A stretch of DNA of 64,000 bases, taken from assembly GCF_018350175.1 (NCBI RefSeq), contig NC_058373.1, positions 117,740,001 to 117,804,000 on the forward strand, read 5' to 3'. The stretch's first letter is position 1; the number at the start of each line of letters is the position of its first letter. The DNA is from Felis catus. Lineage: Eukaryota. The notes under the pieces were generated by a model. The model had not been told where the DNA came from. It did not search any database and worked only from the letters and a program-made list of their open reading frames with translations. Below, one piece after another: positions 23,624 through 37,066 of this stretch. The position numbers and the translations under genes are program-made.

Positions 23624-26261
23624 CCATTAATACATCTGTTTCTTTTGAAAAGCCACTGTTGGATATGATGCACTTCACGATTGGCCTACAGGTGAAAATT
23701 GAGGGACGTCGCTAGAACTGTGACAAAGATCTCATCTTTGGGATTAGGATCCGTCACTTGGGGTTCCAATGTCTTGACTTAATTGAAAGGTGTCCAACTC
23801 AAGCACACTCACATCTCAGCTTTCCATCTTGCTCACCATGTGACCCGGGGCAAGATACTCATCCTTGCTGAGCCTCAGTTTCCTCCTGTGCAAAATGAGA
23901 GTAATAGCATGTGCCTCACGGACTATGAACTCTACACGAGACAATGTGCGTGAAGGACCTGGCACCTATTAGGTATTCTGTCATTTCTTCCCCCTCTTTC
24001 TTCTCCTATGTGAAATAATTTAGCTTCTGATAAAGGAAGGGGAAAAAAATCAAAGGCCTACATCAGTAAACTTTCCCAAGAGGTGACACGTGACCGGAGA
24101 ATTCGCATTCACGCTCCAAGTCCCTGAGCACATCAGGTGGAGTCTGTACCTTGGTGTCCTCTAGGGGACACACAGCAGCTACCTCACAGGGTTGCTGTGA
24201 GGAATGACTGAGACGAACGTGGCACGCCTAGCACGGTGTCTGACACGTTCAAGGAATGTCAGCAAGTATTATTGTCATTGTCATGACTCAGGACAGGGGA
24301 CTCCTTCAACTCCTTACCTGAACGTTCTAGGTAAGTAGGCCCAAAGTGTGAGAGAAATGAAAGAGGCTCACAGAAAGGCAAGTTGGTGGGTGGAGACCCT
24401 GTCCTGGGGAAATGGGACAGCAAACACAGGGATGCTACACTTGGCCAGATTTCGTTCCACAGCTTCCTCCCGCTGGGTTTCCTGCATCCATCTTATTTCC
24501 CCAATTAAACCAGAAATTGTCCTAGGGCGAAGACGGCATGTTTTCGCTTTTTTAGAGGCCTGATTCAACGGAGCCCCACAAGTGGTCACAGGCTCAGTAA
24601 GCGCTCAATAAATGCTCACGTTTAGCCTGTGCTGAAGGACTGGTGTCCTACAGCTAAGGTTTAGCAAGGGGCAGGGGGCGGGGAGGGGGCGCCAGGGCCC
24701 GGCCAGGCTCTGATAGCTCCGCCAATGCCACCGAGAACCCTACAGGCAGTTAGTGTCCTGGCATCACACGGCCACAGACAGGCCCCGACTCAGATTAGCC
24801 ATCTGTGGTCATGGATGTGCTCTGTCGGTCCGAACGGCACAGAGATGGGATAGGAGCATTCACAACGTGCAGGCATATGGTGCCCAACACCCACATCATC
24901 GCACCGCAGACCCACGCAACCCCATGAGGTCACTTTGGTTATTCTCTCCATCTCACAGAGGAGGCAACAAAGGAGCAAAGAAGTGTGAGGAACTGAGCCA
25001 CAGTCACACACACACAAGATGGCAGAGGGGCAGGGCCATGACTCACGCCCCCTAGCCTGGCCAATTCCATTTCCATTCTCCCAGACTGCAGGTCTGAAAA
25101 CTTAACTCCAAGTATACCCTCAAGGCCAGAGCAACCCCTCAGGTTTCTTTTCACTTCGTAATCTACGAACTGTTCCGTCAAATAATGATTCACCTAAAGA
25201 ACACCTGTGGTTAGTTTCCAAATTTGCTCTTCAGGAAGTGCAAAGTGGCTCCCTCTTCCCGACAGAGCCCTGTTTCTGATCTTTCCTCTCTCTCCCCTGT
25301 AACAAAGGCTGAATTTCCTGCATCAAGGTTGGGTACGTGGTGGGTTGTGTGTGCTTCGTGGTTTTGCAGGCACCTTCAGAGTGATCCAAAATTCTCAAGC
25401 TTGTGTCAAAGGTAATTTTCACTCTCTCTCTTAAAGCTCTACTCGTTGCCCTCGGGCCATATGCTAGAGGACAGAAATGTCAGGAGACTAACATCTGTTA
25501 GATCTTTCCCATCAGTGTAGCAATGACATCATATGCTTCTTTTAGGTAATTTGCACATTATCAGACTAATTTTCAGATTATCTAATCAGCCGACATTACC
25601 CTTAATCAACTCAGCTCTCCTCTTCCAGTTCTGCACGGTACAACATGCCCTCCAAAGGCGCGCTAGGGTGGGGCTTTTTCTGTTCTTGACGGATACTGAA
25701 AGCCCAGCTATGTGCCAGGCACACCATCATTATGCAGAAGACTGAGACCTCCAAGGACCCAGGACAACCCAAGTTCCATTCCACGGACCTGAGAAACAGG
25801 CTTGAAATAAATTTTATAGATCCATATTTTAAAAAGCACTTTCCTCTTAGGAGCTCCAAGTATGGCATAGAGAACATTTTATACTCATTTACGCTATTAG
25901 GTAAAAGAGATGTTCCATGTGACAATTAATAATATGCCAAACAAAATTTTTTTATAAATCATTTGTCCTTGCCTTCTAGTAATTGCTACTGTGGCTCTCC
26001 TTTTCATAGAGGATGACAGCTACACAGCTTGGCATAGAAGTCACGTCCAACGGTGGCTCCTGCTCACTTTCCCACCGTTCTTCCAATGCCACTGTCAGAG
26101 CAGACTACTACCCCTTGTCTGAGGCATCATGCTATTTCATGCCCCCCTGCCTTTGCCTCTACCTGGGAAGCCCTCTCCCCATCCTGGGAAATTCCTCTTC
26201 ATTCTTCCAGAGCTAACTTGAATGTGACCTTCTCAGCAAAGCCTTTGCAAAGTCCCTAATG

Positions 26262-26429
26262 CAGTGGTTCTCAAGCTTTTGTGGGTACCAGAATGCCCTG
26301 GAGGGCTCTCCAAAACACAGATCATGAGCCCCACCCTCAGAGTCTCTATTTCAGGTCTCTTGGAGTCAAGAATCTGAATTTCCAACAAGTTCCCAGGTGA
26401 TGCTGATGCCACACCTGGAGCACCACTGC
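26262..26429. mobile_element. MER5A-like hAT-Charlie MITE
   Basis: cagtggttctcaa start, aacaagttcccaggtgatgctgatgc, accactg end (inverted termini). Confidence 0.75.
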
Positions 26430-26575
26430 CATAAGGGGTAGAAAGTATACTGTGCCCTTGACCCTCTGCCCTTCACAATTCTATATGTACTCCATTACAC
26501 ACTCCTGCACAAGACTGTGAGCTCTCGAGGACAAGGATTAAGACAGTATTTAGCACAGCGATACTAAACCAATGA

Positions 26576-26632
26576 ATAGATGGATAGATGGATAGATGGA
26601 TAGATGGATAGATGGATAGATGGATGGATGGA
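26576..26632. repeat. (ATAGATGG)n/(ATGG)n repeat
   Basis: Direct inspection. Confidence 0.9.
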
Positions 26633-26923
26633 CAGACAGAAGAATGTATTAGACGGAATGTAGTTATTTACAGCGTTTCCATTCGAATCCAGAGCCTCGT
26701 AAATGCCCACCCCCACCCCACCTCACAGAAAAGTACCTTGAAAACATCATCTTTAGTAGATTCTCACTCTGCATAGGAGATAAAAGGAAAGTCAAGAAGA
26801 TTTTTGATATTGTGAGCATGGGTCAAAAGAGTTTCGAATTCTAATCCAGTGCTCTCTGCTACCCTGGCCCCACCGGGGCTGTTTACCCAGGTACCTTTCA
26901 CAAGTCGAAAGAGAATGCTTCTC

Positions 26924-27134
26924 TTTTTTTTTTTTTTAAGTTTATTTATTTATTTTGAGAGAAAGAGAGCATGAGTGGGGGAGGGCAGAGAGAAGGAGAA
27001 AGAGAATCCCAAGTGGGCTCCATGCTGTCAGCACAGAGCCCGATACGGGGCTTGAACTCACAAACTGCGAGGTCATGACCTGAGCCAAAATCAAGAGTCG
27101 GACACTTAACTCACTGAGCCACCCAGGCGCCCCC
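26924..27134 (-). mobile_element. Can-SINE
   Basis: Poly-T, GA-rich body, ends acccaggcgcccc; degenerate TSD (agaatgcttct/agaacgcttct). Confidence 0.92.
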
Positions 27135-29571
27135 ACAAAAGAACGCTTCTGAGTGGCACCACGTGGAATCCCAACCTGCCCAAGCACTCCCTCCTTGTAC
27201 TCATATACATGTAGTCTGTGTGTGTGTGTGTGTGTGTGTACCTGTATGTACACGCACATATGTGCACACACACATACATACACACAGTGATCTCGGTTTT
27301 AGAAAGCAGACGGGGGTGATCAAAGAAATGCAAGAAGAAAGAAGAATCCAGCCTCACATGGGGAGGGGAAGGGGGGGCCGCTTAGGCGGGGAAGACCCCA
27401 ACAGAAAAGTACTACGTGCCAAGGTGAATGTTGGAGCTCCAAGCATCTCAGGGCTACCTATAGTTGGGGCAGAGAGGCAAAGGCATGAAGGAAAGGGGAC
27501 AAACCTAGAGAAGAGACAAGAAGTGTATACTCAGGAGAAAATGAGTGGCTAGGAGAGGAACAAAGGCGAGAGAACATCAGCCGGTGGCGGGGGGGGGGGG
27601 GCAGTCAATTGCTGAGCTGGCAGCACAGGGCAGCTGGGGGCTGGGGGGGTGAGGGGAGGTCAGTGCTGGCTCCAGCACTCCGCTCTGCCCTTTCAGCAGC
27701 GGCAGGCACAGGCATGAGCAATGGCTTGGCTGGAGACACAGTCAGGGGGTGCGGCAAGGGACGGCAGGTGGACCAAAGTCAAAAGGTCTCTACCGCTGCA
27801 GGTGGTACAAACGCAGATGCCCATGCCACAGAAAACTCCGGAGTCTGTAGGGCTGTTTTCCCCACAGGCCTGTGTGTGCTCACAAGCAGCTGGGCCACCC
27901 CGCAGTTCTGCTAAAGAGGGAAAAGTCAGCATTCCCACTTCGCTGGCATCCAGAACTTTTCCTGGGGGATCTGGAGATTAGCCTCTTGGATTAAACTCTC
28001 CTGCCTCCCTCCCCCACCCCAAAAGCCTCGCCAAGGGAGGATCACAAAGCTGAGACCTCAGACGCTGTCACGTTCAATTCACCACACAGCCCCAGTGGCA
28101 TTTAGGGGCAGGATGGATGGGAGCCCACCCCCACCCCCAAACAGTGGGAGCAGCTAATGACTGGGTATTAACGATGCTGGCAATTAGTGCTCACGGGAAA
28201 GTGGTTGGGGGGCTGCTCACCAGGGGAATGTGGGAGGGAACAGAGCAGACATTCGGAGCAGCAAACAGATTGGTGGCGTGCATGGTGCAAACAACCTGGG
28301 AAGAGCTGCTGCCTCTTAGATTTCTTCAGAGAAATTGGGGAAGAGGGAAGGGATGGCTTCTGTGGACAGTAGGGGCCTTCCCACCACACCCTCCTCCTCC
28401 TCGCTAGCAAAAGTGGATTTAATCACGGAATTCTCAGAGGCATTGTGAAGAGATGTTGTTGAAAAGGTGTTTGTCAAGGTTCTGGAACCTTCCTCGTGTA
28501 AGGAGGCCCCAGATGAGCCTAGGGACAGCTACTCTTTTTTATGCAGCTTAAAATCCTTGGGTAGTCAGATGACTCTTTTTGAAGGACTCAGTTTGTCACC
28601 TGCAGGTGTCAAGGAGAAGGGCAGATGGGAGTTAGAGCCAAGAGGCTCACTGACAAGCCCACAGAGAGAACACACAGCCAGATTGTGGACACATCTCCAT
28701 CTAGGAGGAGGAAAGACTCAGCTTCCTGACCAAGCATGGCCATCTGGCCTCTCAGAGAGGACAGGAGGAGACAGAAGACACTGACTCACAAGAGTACACG
28801 AGGAGATCCTGGTGGACAGAGGAAACTACGGCAGTGCCCATCTTGGAAGTCAACAGCGAGCAAGTGGGGGCATCGGGGAGATGGCAGGGACGGCTAAGGA
28901 AGAGATTTCCTTGATCCACTCAGGGCCTGCAGCGTACCTGGGGGGACCACGAGGAACCTTCCTCCGCTGTTGCCATCACCATGCACACACACACAAAAGA
29001 GACACAGACGAAAGAGAAGCATTCCGAACCCTAGAGCGTGAGTAAAAAACCACAACACAAGGACAAAATGGCTTGACATTTGAGAAGGGATGTCAAGAAG
29101 ATAAGCCAGCGCTGGGGGGAGTGGGAAATAATACCAAGTTAACAAATACTTCAGAGAGAGCAACTGTGGCTAATAAATACTTTCCAGATAGCGACCCAAA
29201 TCGAAAGAGCTCATTCTTGGCCTCCTTGCGGTAGGAGACAATAGGTACGCCTGGGCCACTTAGATCAGAGAAGGGATAAGAGGAGAGACGGGGAGACGCA
29301 AATGCCAGCTGCCCTGTGCATGTTCCTTTCTGAAAGATGAGTGTGACTGGACCAAGGGAACCTCTCCCTGGGGAGGAGAGAGCAAGAGAGAGACAGAGAG
29401 AGAGAGAGAGAGCTAAGCATTACTCAGAAGCTGGCAAGGGGAGACGCTCTGTCAGACACTCATGCTGGGTTTTCCAGGTTCTATCCAGATGACAACAGCA
29501 GGTAAGAAAATAAAGGTCGGTCACATGCATGAAAGACTTGAATCTTGCAAATGAGTAAGAATTAAAGAAGG

Positions 29572-29968
29572 CGTACGGGCTGAATTGGGTCCCCCAAAAT
29601 GCATCTGTTGAAGCCCTAACTCCCACCTCCTCATGCCTCAGAATAGGACTATATTCAAGGAGAGGGCCTTTAAAGAGGTGATCAAGTTAGGGTGGGCCCT
29701 AATTCAATCTGACTGGTATCCTTACAAGAAGAAATTTGGGCACGCAAAGAGACAGCAGGGGTACAGGAACACAGAGGGGCCACCACGTGAAGAGGGGGCG
29801 AGAGGGCAGACACTTGCAAGCCAAGGAGAGAGGCCTATGTGGGAACCAGTCCTGATGACACGTTGATCTGGGACTTGCAGCCTCCAGAAGAGCGAGAAAA
29901 TTAATTTCTGTTCCTTAAGCCACCTAGTCTGTGGTATTTTGTTATGGCAGCCTGAGCAAACTAATACA
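29572..29968 (+). mobile_element. MaLR solo LTR (MLT1B/C-like)
   Basis: gggctgaattgggtccccc start; tgtggtattttgttatggcagcc..aaactaataca end. Confidence 0.85.
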
Positions 29969-30916
29969 GAAGGCCATGTTACAGGAAGAAAGGAGGGTGA
30001 GGGTTAGGCAAAACCAACATGAATCCGAAGAAAGGTCTTGGCCAAAGTATGTTAATTATTTCAAATATTGGGTGAAGGCAGCTGATGGACATCTGTTGAC
30101 TAAGTTGATTGACTAAAATGCACAGGAGTCACCCTCAGATCCTAGAGTCTGGATATTTTTAAAGGTCTGATCCCTTTAATTACATTGAATTGTTCACTTT
30201 AAGACCACCTACCACAAAATCTTGTGAACAAAATACAAAATACATGGCATGTCCACAATTATTCTTCACCTAATGATCTTAGAATGACCCAGAACTTGAA
30301 GCAAGTCCTAAAGATTCCATCATGCCACCCCATTTTGAGTTTTTGACAAGTGTCCCCAGATTATGCGTCCTAATGGAGTGCTCAAGGAAGGCATACAGAC
30401 TCAAGGGTCCTATTTTTCTAAGACAGGAGAGCCCTGAACCAAAATTGTGACCCTCATAACAGCCAAGGCAATAAATCAAGACTATCCCACATCTCTTGGT
30501 GGCCAAGGAGATGTTTAGAACGTCCATCTGAATTGACATACCCAAGGGCTATGCCCAAGTCAGGGTGGTATCTGTGAGCGAAACTTCTGGAGCTGAGGGA
30601 AAAGAGGGATAGGTCTGGCATTTGACAATGGCCAGGTGAGGATGTTTCCCTTGTACCTTAACGCTCATCTCCTTCCTCTGGGAACAGAACTGGGTGCGTC
30701 ATCCGGCCCAGCTTACTCTAAACCTGGGGCTTAGATGACCCATGGGGTAGCTGGGGCTGGGCTAAAACAGCCAAGTCACCACAGGACACTGAAACCAATC
30801 AGTGGGTGCCACCAAAGATACCAGAGGTGAAGTTAACACTCTACAGCCCTGCCCACCCAATTCATCACTGCCCCACCCCACTTCATCACTACCCCAGCCA
30901 ACAACTGGGAACTCAC

Positions 30917-31054
30917 GTCTGTGGTTCTCATTTCTGTGGTTAGGCGGGGACCGGGTCTCCTGGTCTTGAGCCTCGTCCCCCTCCTCACTGGCCAGGTGAG
31001 TGTGAGCGTAGTGGTAGCTGAGTCCTGGCCGGTTCTTGTAGCGCTTGCCACAGA
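30917..31054 (-). CDS. DPF3: DPF3 coding exon (exon 7 equivalent), 138 bp, (I)CGKRYKNRPGLSYHYAHTHLASEEGDEAQDQETRSPPNHRNENHR; rest of C2H2 zinc finger
   Basis: Acceptor ...cctgtctag|TC, donor AGAC|gtgagt; phase 1/1; completes a C-x2-C-x12-H-x4-H finger. Confidence 0.98.
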
Positions 31055-32149
31055 CTAGACAGGAAAAGAGGAGAAGAGGGAAAAGGGCAAATATTAGCAA
31101 CCTCTGGAGCCATCGCCGTCATTCTCCCAGGCAGTGACTCCCATCCATCTACCCCAGAGCTGGGTTTCCCTTAAAAAGCGTCTCCCACCCTCAACAACCT
31201 TAACTCCGCTGGACAAAACAAACACCACAATGAACAACATGGGCCCAGGTAAAGAAAAACCAGAAAAGTAAAGGATGGAAGTTGAACTATTTAAGAGCTC
31301 CATCATTTCCTATCTGTGAGACCCTGGTCAAGTCATTTACGCTCTCTGTGCCTCAGTTTCTTCAGAGGCAAAATGGGAATCATAACGGTACTGAACTCAT
31401 AGAGTTGCTGTGATGAGTTAACCTCTATGCAGAACACTTACAACAGTGCCAGGCACATGGTAAGGGTTATGATTATTATAACTTTGAGGTCAAAGAGCAC
31501 TGGTAGTCCATCCAGTCCAGCATCCCATGGCACAGATGAGTCAAGTGAGCCCAGCAAGACTAAATGATTTGACTGGGAACGCATAACTGGTTGTGGCAGA
31601 GCCACTAGAAACCCAGGTCTCCTGGATTCCCATGCAGTACTCCTTCCACTACGCTGTGGCAAACTCTGTAAAGTACAAAAGCTTTATATGGATATTTTTG
31701 ATGTATCGTGCAGTGATTTTGTGCCAGAAAACCACATTCTACTTCCGCCATGAAAACCACAAGGCCAAGGCATCATTGGTAGAGGTGGCATCTGAGAGCT
31801 TGTGCTCTTGAAGCCCCAGGAAGTCTCTGGGCCCCAAAATCTAGGAATGCGTCCTCGCAAGCACTACCTCTCACATGGACAGTCGGAGACAAAGGCACCA
31901 AGCAACATAAATACGGCATCGTGGGGCCCAGAAGAAGAGAGGTGCACTTCCATTGGTTGGCTGCCCAGTACTTGAGAAGCAGAAGTCCAGCTAAATAACT
32001 TAAGAATAGACCACCGCCACTTTTAACAAAGTTGGATTTAGTGGTTCACTGTTTACAATGATGCATGTGGCCAATTTTTAGTCTTTATCAAATTTAGGTA
32101 GTTCCTCTTATTCCTGTTTTAGAGTTTTATTACAGGAGAATTTGATCAG

Positions 32150-32415
32150 CCACCCTTTCAGCATCTACTAGTGTACGACTCTCCTTCAGTTTGTTGATAT
32201 GGTGAATTATGTTGATTTCCTAATGTTTCCTATTATTGAACCATTCTTGTATTCCTAGAATGAGAGTGTATTATCTATTTGATATACCGCTGCGTTCTAT
32301 TTTCTAATCTTGCATTTTTGATCTATACTCAGACAAGATGAGATCTATAATTTTTGACCTATCTTCTACCGTGTTTCAATTTTATGGTTATGCTGACTTC
32401 CAAAAATGAATTGAG
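32150..32415 (-). mobile_element. Old L1M ORF2 fragment
   Basis: gatatggtgaattatgttgattt..attgaaccattcttgtattcctagaat is typical of reverse L1 ORF2. Confidence 0.55.
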
Positions 32416-33183
32416 GTTTTTTGCTGTGTGAAATTGGACAAGATACATAATCTCTCTGTGCCTTTTTTCTTATCTGAAAATGATAAGAGTACTACTTACC
32501 TTGAAGGATTATAAATAATGTATGTAAAGTATCTCACTCAGTATCCAGCACATAACAGATGCTCAGTAAATGGTAGTGAGGGGCTAGGGGCTTCGGCTCG
32601 GTCTGCCACATCTTAAGTGCTCGACCCTCCTAAAAGAGGGACTTTGACCCTTAACCTCATACAATGGAATTCAGCAATTGGTTGGACTTTCTTAAAAAGG
32701 TGAGAGTCTGAAATTCAAGTTGGTGACCTGTATTATATGGTGACCTAACTATAAATTCAAGTGCTACAATTGGCTAGTTACATTCTCCCTCTCCCTCCCC
32801 CCCACCTCTCTGTCTCTCGTAAATATTTCAAAAAAATAAAATAAAATGGCACCACACATCTCAATTCCATTTGACACAGGCAATGGGACCTAAAGAGGCC
32901 CCGAGGCGCACTCTGGGCCTGCTTGTGGCTTTTTCTATTTAGGCTTTTCAATGATCTGAGGTCAATAAACAGCAAATTATGGGGTCATCGGATAGAAATC
33001 CACTAAGTAACCAAGCACTGTTGGTGAAGAATAAATGTTTATTAAAATCAAGGGCAATAGTATCAGTATTTACATGAGGAGGCCTCAGCTGACTCTGGGG
33101 ACTCCTTGCTACAAATTCCACAGCATTTGTGCCATGTTGTGTCAATTATCACTGTCTTCCTTAATCACCGAATTTCAGGATCT

Positions 33184-33396
33184 TTTTTTTTTTGTAACGT
33201 TAATTTATGTTTGAGAGAGAGAGAGACAGAGCACGAGCCCGGGAGGGACAGAGAGAAAGAGAGACACAAAACCTGAAGCAGGCTCCAGAGGCTCTGAGTT
33301 GTCAGTACAGAGCCCGACATGGGGCTCGAGCCCATATGAGATCATGACCTGAGCTGAAGCCAGATGCTTAACCGACTGAACCACTCAGGTGCCCCC
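33184..33396 (-). mobile_element. Can-SINE
   Basis: Reverse-orientation SINE with TSD gaatttcaggatct. Confidence 0.92.
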
Positions 33397-33877
33397 AGAA
33401 TTTCAGGATCTTCACAGTCATGTGGTCTCACTATAAAATTGTTTTATTCCCACTAAAACTAGATGTCTGGGACAATTCCGCTGATTGGGCAAAGAACTAC
33501 CCATCTGAGTGGGCATTTCTTCTTTGATCTCTTGAATTATAGTTACGTCTATACCAGAGGACTTCTCTTCGGGACGGTTTCATACTAATTTCATCTTAAT
33601 AGCAACAACTCCGCCTCATATGTTGCCATGCACGTATTACACCTTCAAAACATATTCGTTGAATAGCTGATGAATGAACACGGAAACACTTTGTGGGAAA
33701 GCCAAGAGACGGGGGGAGGAGGGAAGCGTGTAGAATCTGATCCACCTATCCACATTAATCTCATACTAATAGGTCTTTAAACCTATAGAACCAAACCCAA
33801 GCAAAAAGCTTCCTGTATCTCCTTTCCCAACACCATAGAGAGTAATTATTTTTATAGCAAATCCTTTTGCTAGAAAA

Positions 33878-34066
33878 GAAATTCTCAAGGAGTAGTCCCC
33901 AGACCAGCACCATCAGCATCACCTGGGAAGTTGTGAGAGATGCATATTCTTGGGCTCCACCCCAGACCTACTGAATCAGAAACTCTGGGGGTGCAGCCAG
34001 AAATCTCTGCTTCGACAAGCGCTCCGGGTGATTCTGGTACACTCTATAGTCTAAGAACCACTCTGC
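33878..34066. mobile_element. MER5A-like hAT-Charlie MITE
   Basis: accagcaccatcagcatcacctgggaa..cccagacctactgaatcagaaactctggg..aagaaccact. Confidence 0.8.
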
Positions 34067-35717
34067 TAGAAGACTGACTATATTTAGGCTTGACTCTGCC
34101 CACCCTGGTGCACCTGCCCTTTGGAATGAATAGAAGTGGCAGGCGGGGACAGCGAGACTTGTGCTTGGTCATTAGAAGAAACAGAACCAGACAGTACGTG
34201 GAGATCATGGAAACCTGGCCTCCTAGCCCTCGTCCCTATACACAGGGCTCTCCTGATGGAGTGTCATTTTTCACCACCTGCTTATACCATGTTATTCCTT
34301 CATCACCAGGTCTTCAAGACAACGTGTATTTAGCATCCAATATGTGTCCAGCCCTGTGGCATGAGAAGGACAAAGGTAAAGGAGCCACAGTCCCCACCCG
34401 CCAGGAGTTCAAAGTCTGGCAGAGAAGATGTACACATCCGCATGCAAAGAGGGAGGTGGAACAAATGTAGTGTGCGCATGCGCGCGGGCAGGAGGCGGGG
34501 CCGGCACAGCGGCCTCCTCGGAGTGGAGGGTTGGCTTCCTGGAGGCGGTGGGTGAGCTGTGGCCTGCAAGGTAGCAGAGTATCACCATACAGACAAAGGA
34601 GGCAAGGGCACTCAGGCACCGAAGCGCAGGCTGCCTAACTTTGCGAACAGCCCGCAGGAAGGTGGGGGGAGGGGTGGCGTGAGGGAGCTAACAAGCCAGA
34701 AAGCTGGGCAGGACTTGGTCCTGAAAATAGGGAGCCAGGGGAGGATTGTAGCCTGAGGACCGACTTACTCAGATTTACATTTTGGAAATCCCACTTAAGA
34801 CTACAGTACAGAAGATGGATTTGAAGGTGGCAAGAGGCTATTTTAATTTTCTATGTGTGAACGATGAGGATTTCGGGATGGGAGAGGGGTTAAAGAGAAG
34901 GAATCTGGTGAAAAGGGGTGGGTATAAGCTGCAAGGGGGAGCCTAGAAAGACTGATAGTAACCCCCCACCTTCCTGGCCATGCACCATCCAGCCCCCGTC
35001 CGGCTCCCCAGCCTCACCCGACACAACGTTCCACCACCTTCTCTGCCCTTCCGCCCGTTGCCTTTCCACTCCTTAAACGTTTTTCTTTTCACCAGAAAGC
35101 CCCTGGACAAGCTCTTCACTTTGCCTACAATGCTCCCCAGCCCCGATCTGCCTAATGATGCTTCATCATTCTTCAGATCTCAGTTGAAACGTCCTTCCCC
35201 AGGGAAGTCTTTCCAATCAAAATTAGGATCCCAGTTTGTTACCTTCCTAGGACGAATCATGGATCGATATGTGTGTCTCCCACCAGCAGCAAGCATAGCG
35301 GGCCCTCCCGTGTTTGCACACTGCTGCATCCCCAATGACCAGCACGGGGCAACTCACGGCGGGCACTTGGTGCCAGTTAGGGAAGCAACAAAAACACCCA
35401 GGTTTCTACTGGGCAACTGGATGGAAGGATGAGGAGGAAAACGAGATTTAAAGAAGGAAGAGGATGAGTTCAGTCTGGGGTTGCCCTGAACACCCTGAAC
35501 TGGGGAAAGAGATGTGGATGGGGGAGGTGTCAGGGTGGAAGTGAGGGATATGGAGAGGAGGAGAGATCGTGCAGGGAGAGAAGAAAGGTGTGGACAGAGG
35601 AAAGAACTCAGAAAACACCAGCATCTTAAGGATCCGGTGGAGAAGGAGAAACTTTTTTTTTTTTTAAGAAAGATTCAGCCCTGAAGGAGGAACACAAGCC
35701 AAAGAGGTAGGGTTTCC

Positions 35718-36122
35718 GAGTATCCATCAATAGATAACTGGATAAGGAAGATGTGGCATATATAGATACAATGGAATATTACTCAGCCATAAAAAAGAAT
35801 GAAATCTTGTCATTTACAGCAACGTGGATTAATTTAGAGGGTACAATAAATGAAATGTCAGTCGGAGAAAGACAATACCATATGATTTCACTCAAGTGTG
35901 GAATTTAAGAAACAAAACAGAAGGAACAAATTAAAAAACAGACTCAACTATAGAGAACAAAGTGATGGTTATCAGAGGGCAGGTGGGTGAAATAGATGAC
36001 GGGCATCAAGACTTCACTTATCAGGATGAGCACTGGGTAATATACAGAATTGTTGAATCACTATATTGTACACCTGAAACTAATTATAACGCCGTATGTA
36101 AATTATGCCAGAATTTTTTTTT
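35718..36122 (+). mobile_element. 5'-truncated LINE-1 3' end
   Basis: L1 ORF2-end/3'UTR motifs (atggaatattactcagccataaaaaagaatgaaatc; tgtacacctgaaactaat); TSD aaagaggtagg(g/c)tttcc at 35701 and 36123. Confidence 0.9.
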
Positions 36123-36889
36123 AAAGAGGTAGGCTTTCCAGATGACAGGACCACTGATACCACCGGTCACAGCCACTGACTCGCTGTGCCATGGGCCAGG
36201 CTTGCTCTCGTGCTTCAGGTAAATTTGCTCACGGCAACCCAAGTCCCCATTTAACAGATGAGTAGCCTTGCGCACAGAGGCAGAGCCAGGATAAAGTCAA
36301 GCGCCTAAGAAGGGTCAAGAAAGATGGGGACTGAAAAGAGACCACTGGATTTGAGAGCCAGGAGGCCACCTCAGCCTCCTGAGAAGGGAATCCTCAGCCT
36401 CATGGAGGACAAGACAAGACTGCAGAGGCCTCGGATGCTCCTGAGGAACGGGGTGGGGTGACAGGGCTGACAGACCATTCCTTCCGGCATGGCTCCACCA
36501 GTGAGGCTGGGGGGCGGATGGGACTGTGGGTCAGGGAGGCTGACTGGGGCTTGTTCTCTACCAGGACAGATCCCAGAACAGCCTCACAGGCCAACGGGAA
36601 GGGGGCAGGAGTGAGGGGGAGTCTAAAAGGCAGGGTTAGGAGGGATTGGAGATAATACGGCAAGATGCCTGACCCCAAAACGAAGCTTCTAACCCAAGTG
36701 CCAGGCCACTGAATGACTTCATCCTAGGGACAAAAGAGTTCTGACATTTATTTTGGTGGAATTGTATCTGGATCAAACTGCTACGTTTTGATGGAAAGAA
36801 ATGCCTTGGAAATCCTACTTTGACTGGATTAGAAGAAAAGGAAAACCCAGCCCTATTCTATTCTATGTCCCTGCTGCTCCAAACACTGA

Positions 36890-37066
36890 TGGACCGGCTT
36901 CATGGGCATGTGACCTGTGCGTTCAGACAGGGTCGATGCTCAGAAGGGCCCCACACTTGGGCTAATCCTTTGCTGTCACCATCTTGAAATTGTAAATAGG
37001 CGTGGAACAAAGGGCCCCTCCTTTTCATCTTGCACTGGGCCCCATAAGTTGCGTACCTGGTCCTGG
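36890..37066. mobile_element. MER91-like hAT-Tip100 MITE
   Basis: ggaccggcttcatggg..cagaagggccccaca..tgcactgggcccc..ctggtcctg. Confidence 0.6.

Noticed and set aside
30797..30890. Two C-box-like GTGATGA motifs and a downstream CTGA (possible C/D snoRNA)
   Set aside because: The two C boxes come from a local tandem duplication; no terminal stem or recognisable antisense guide
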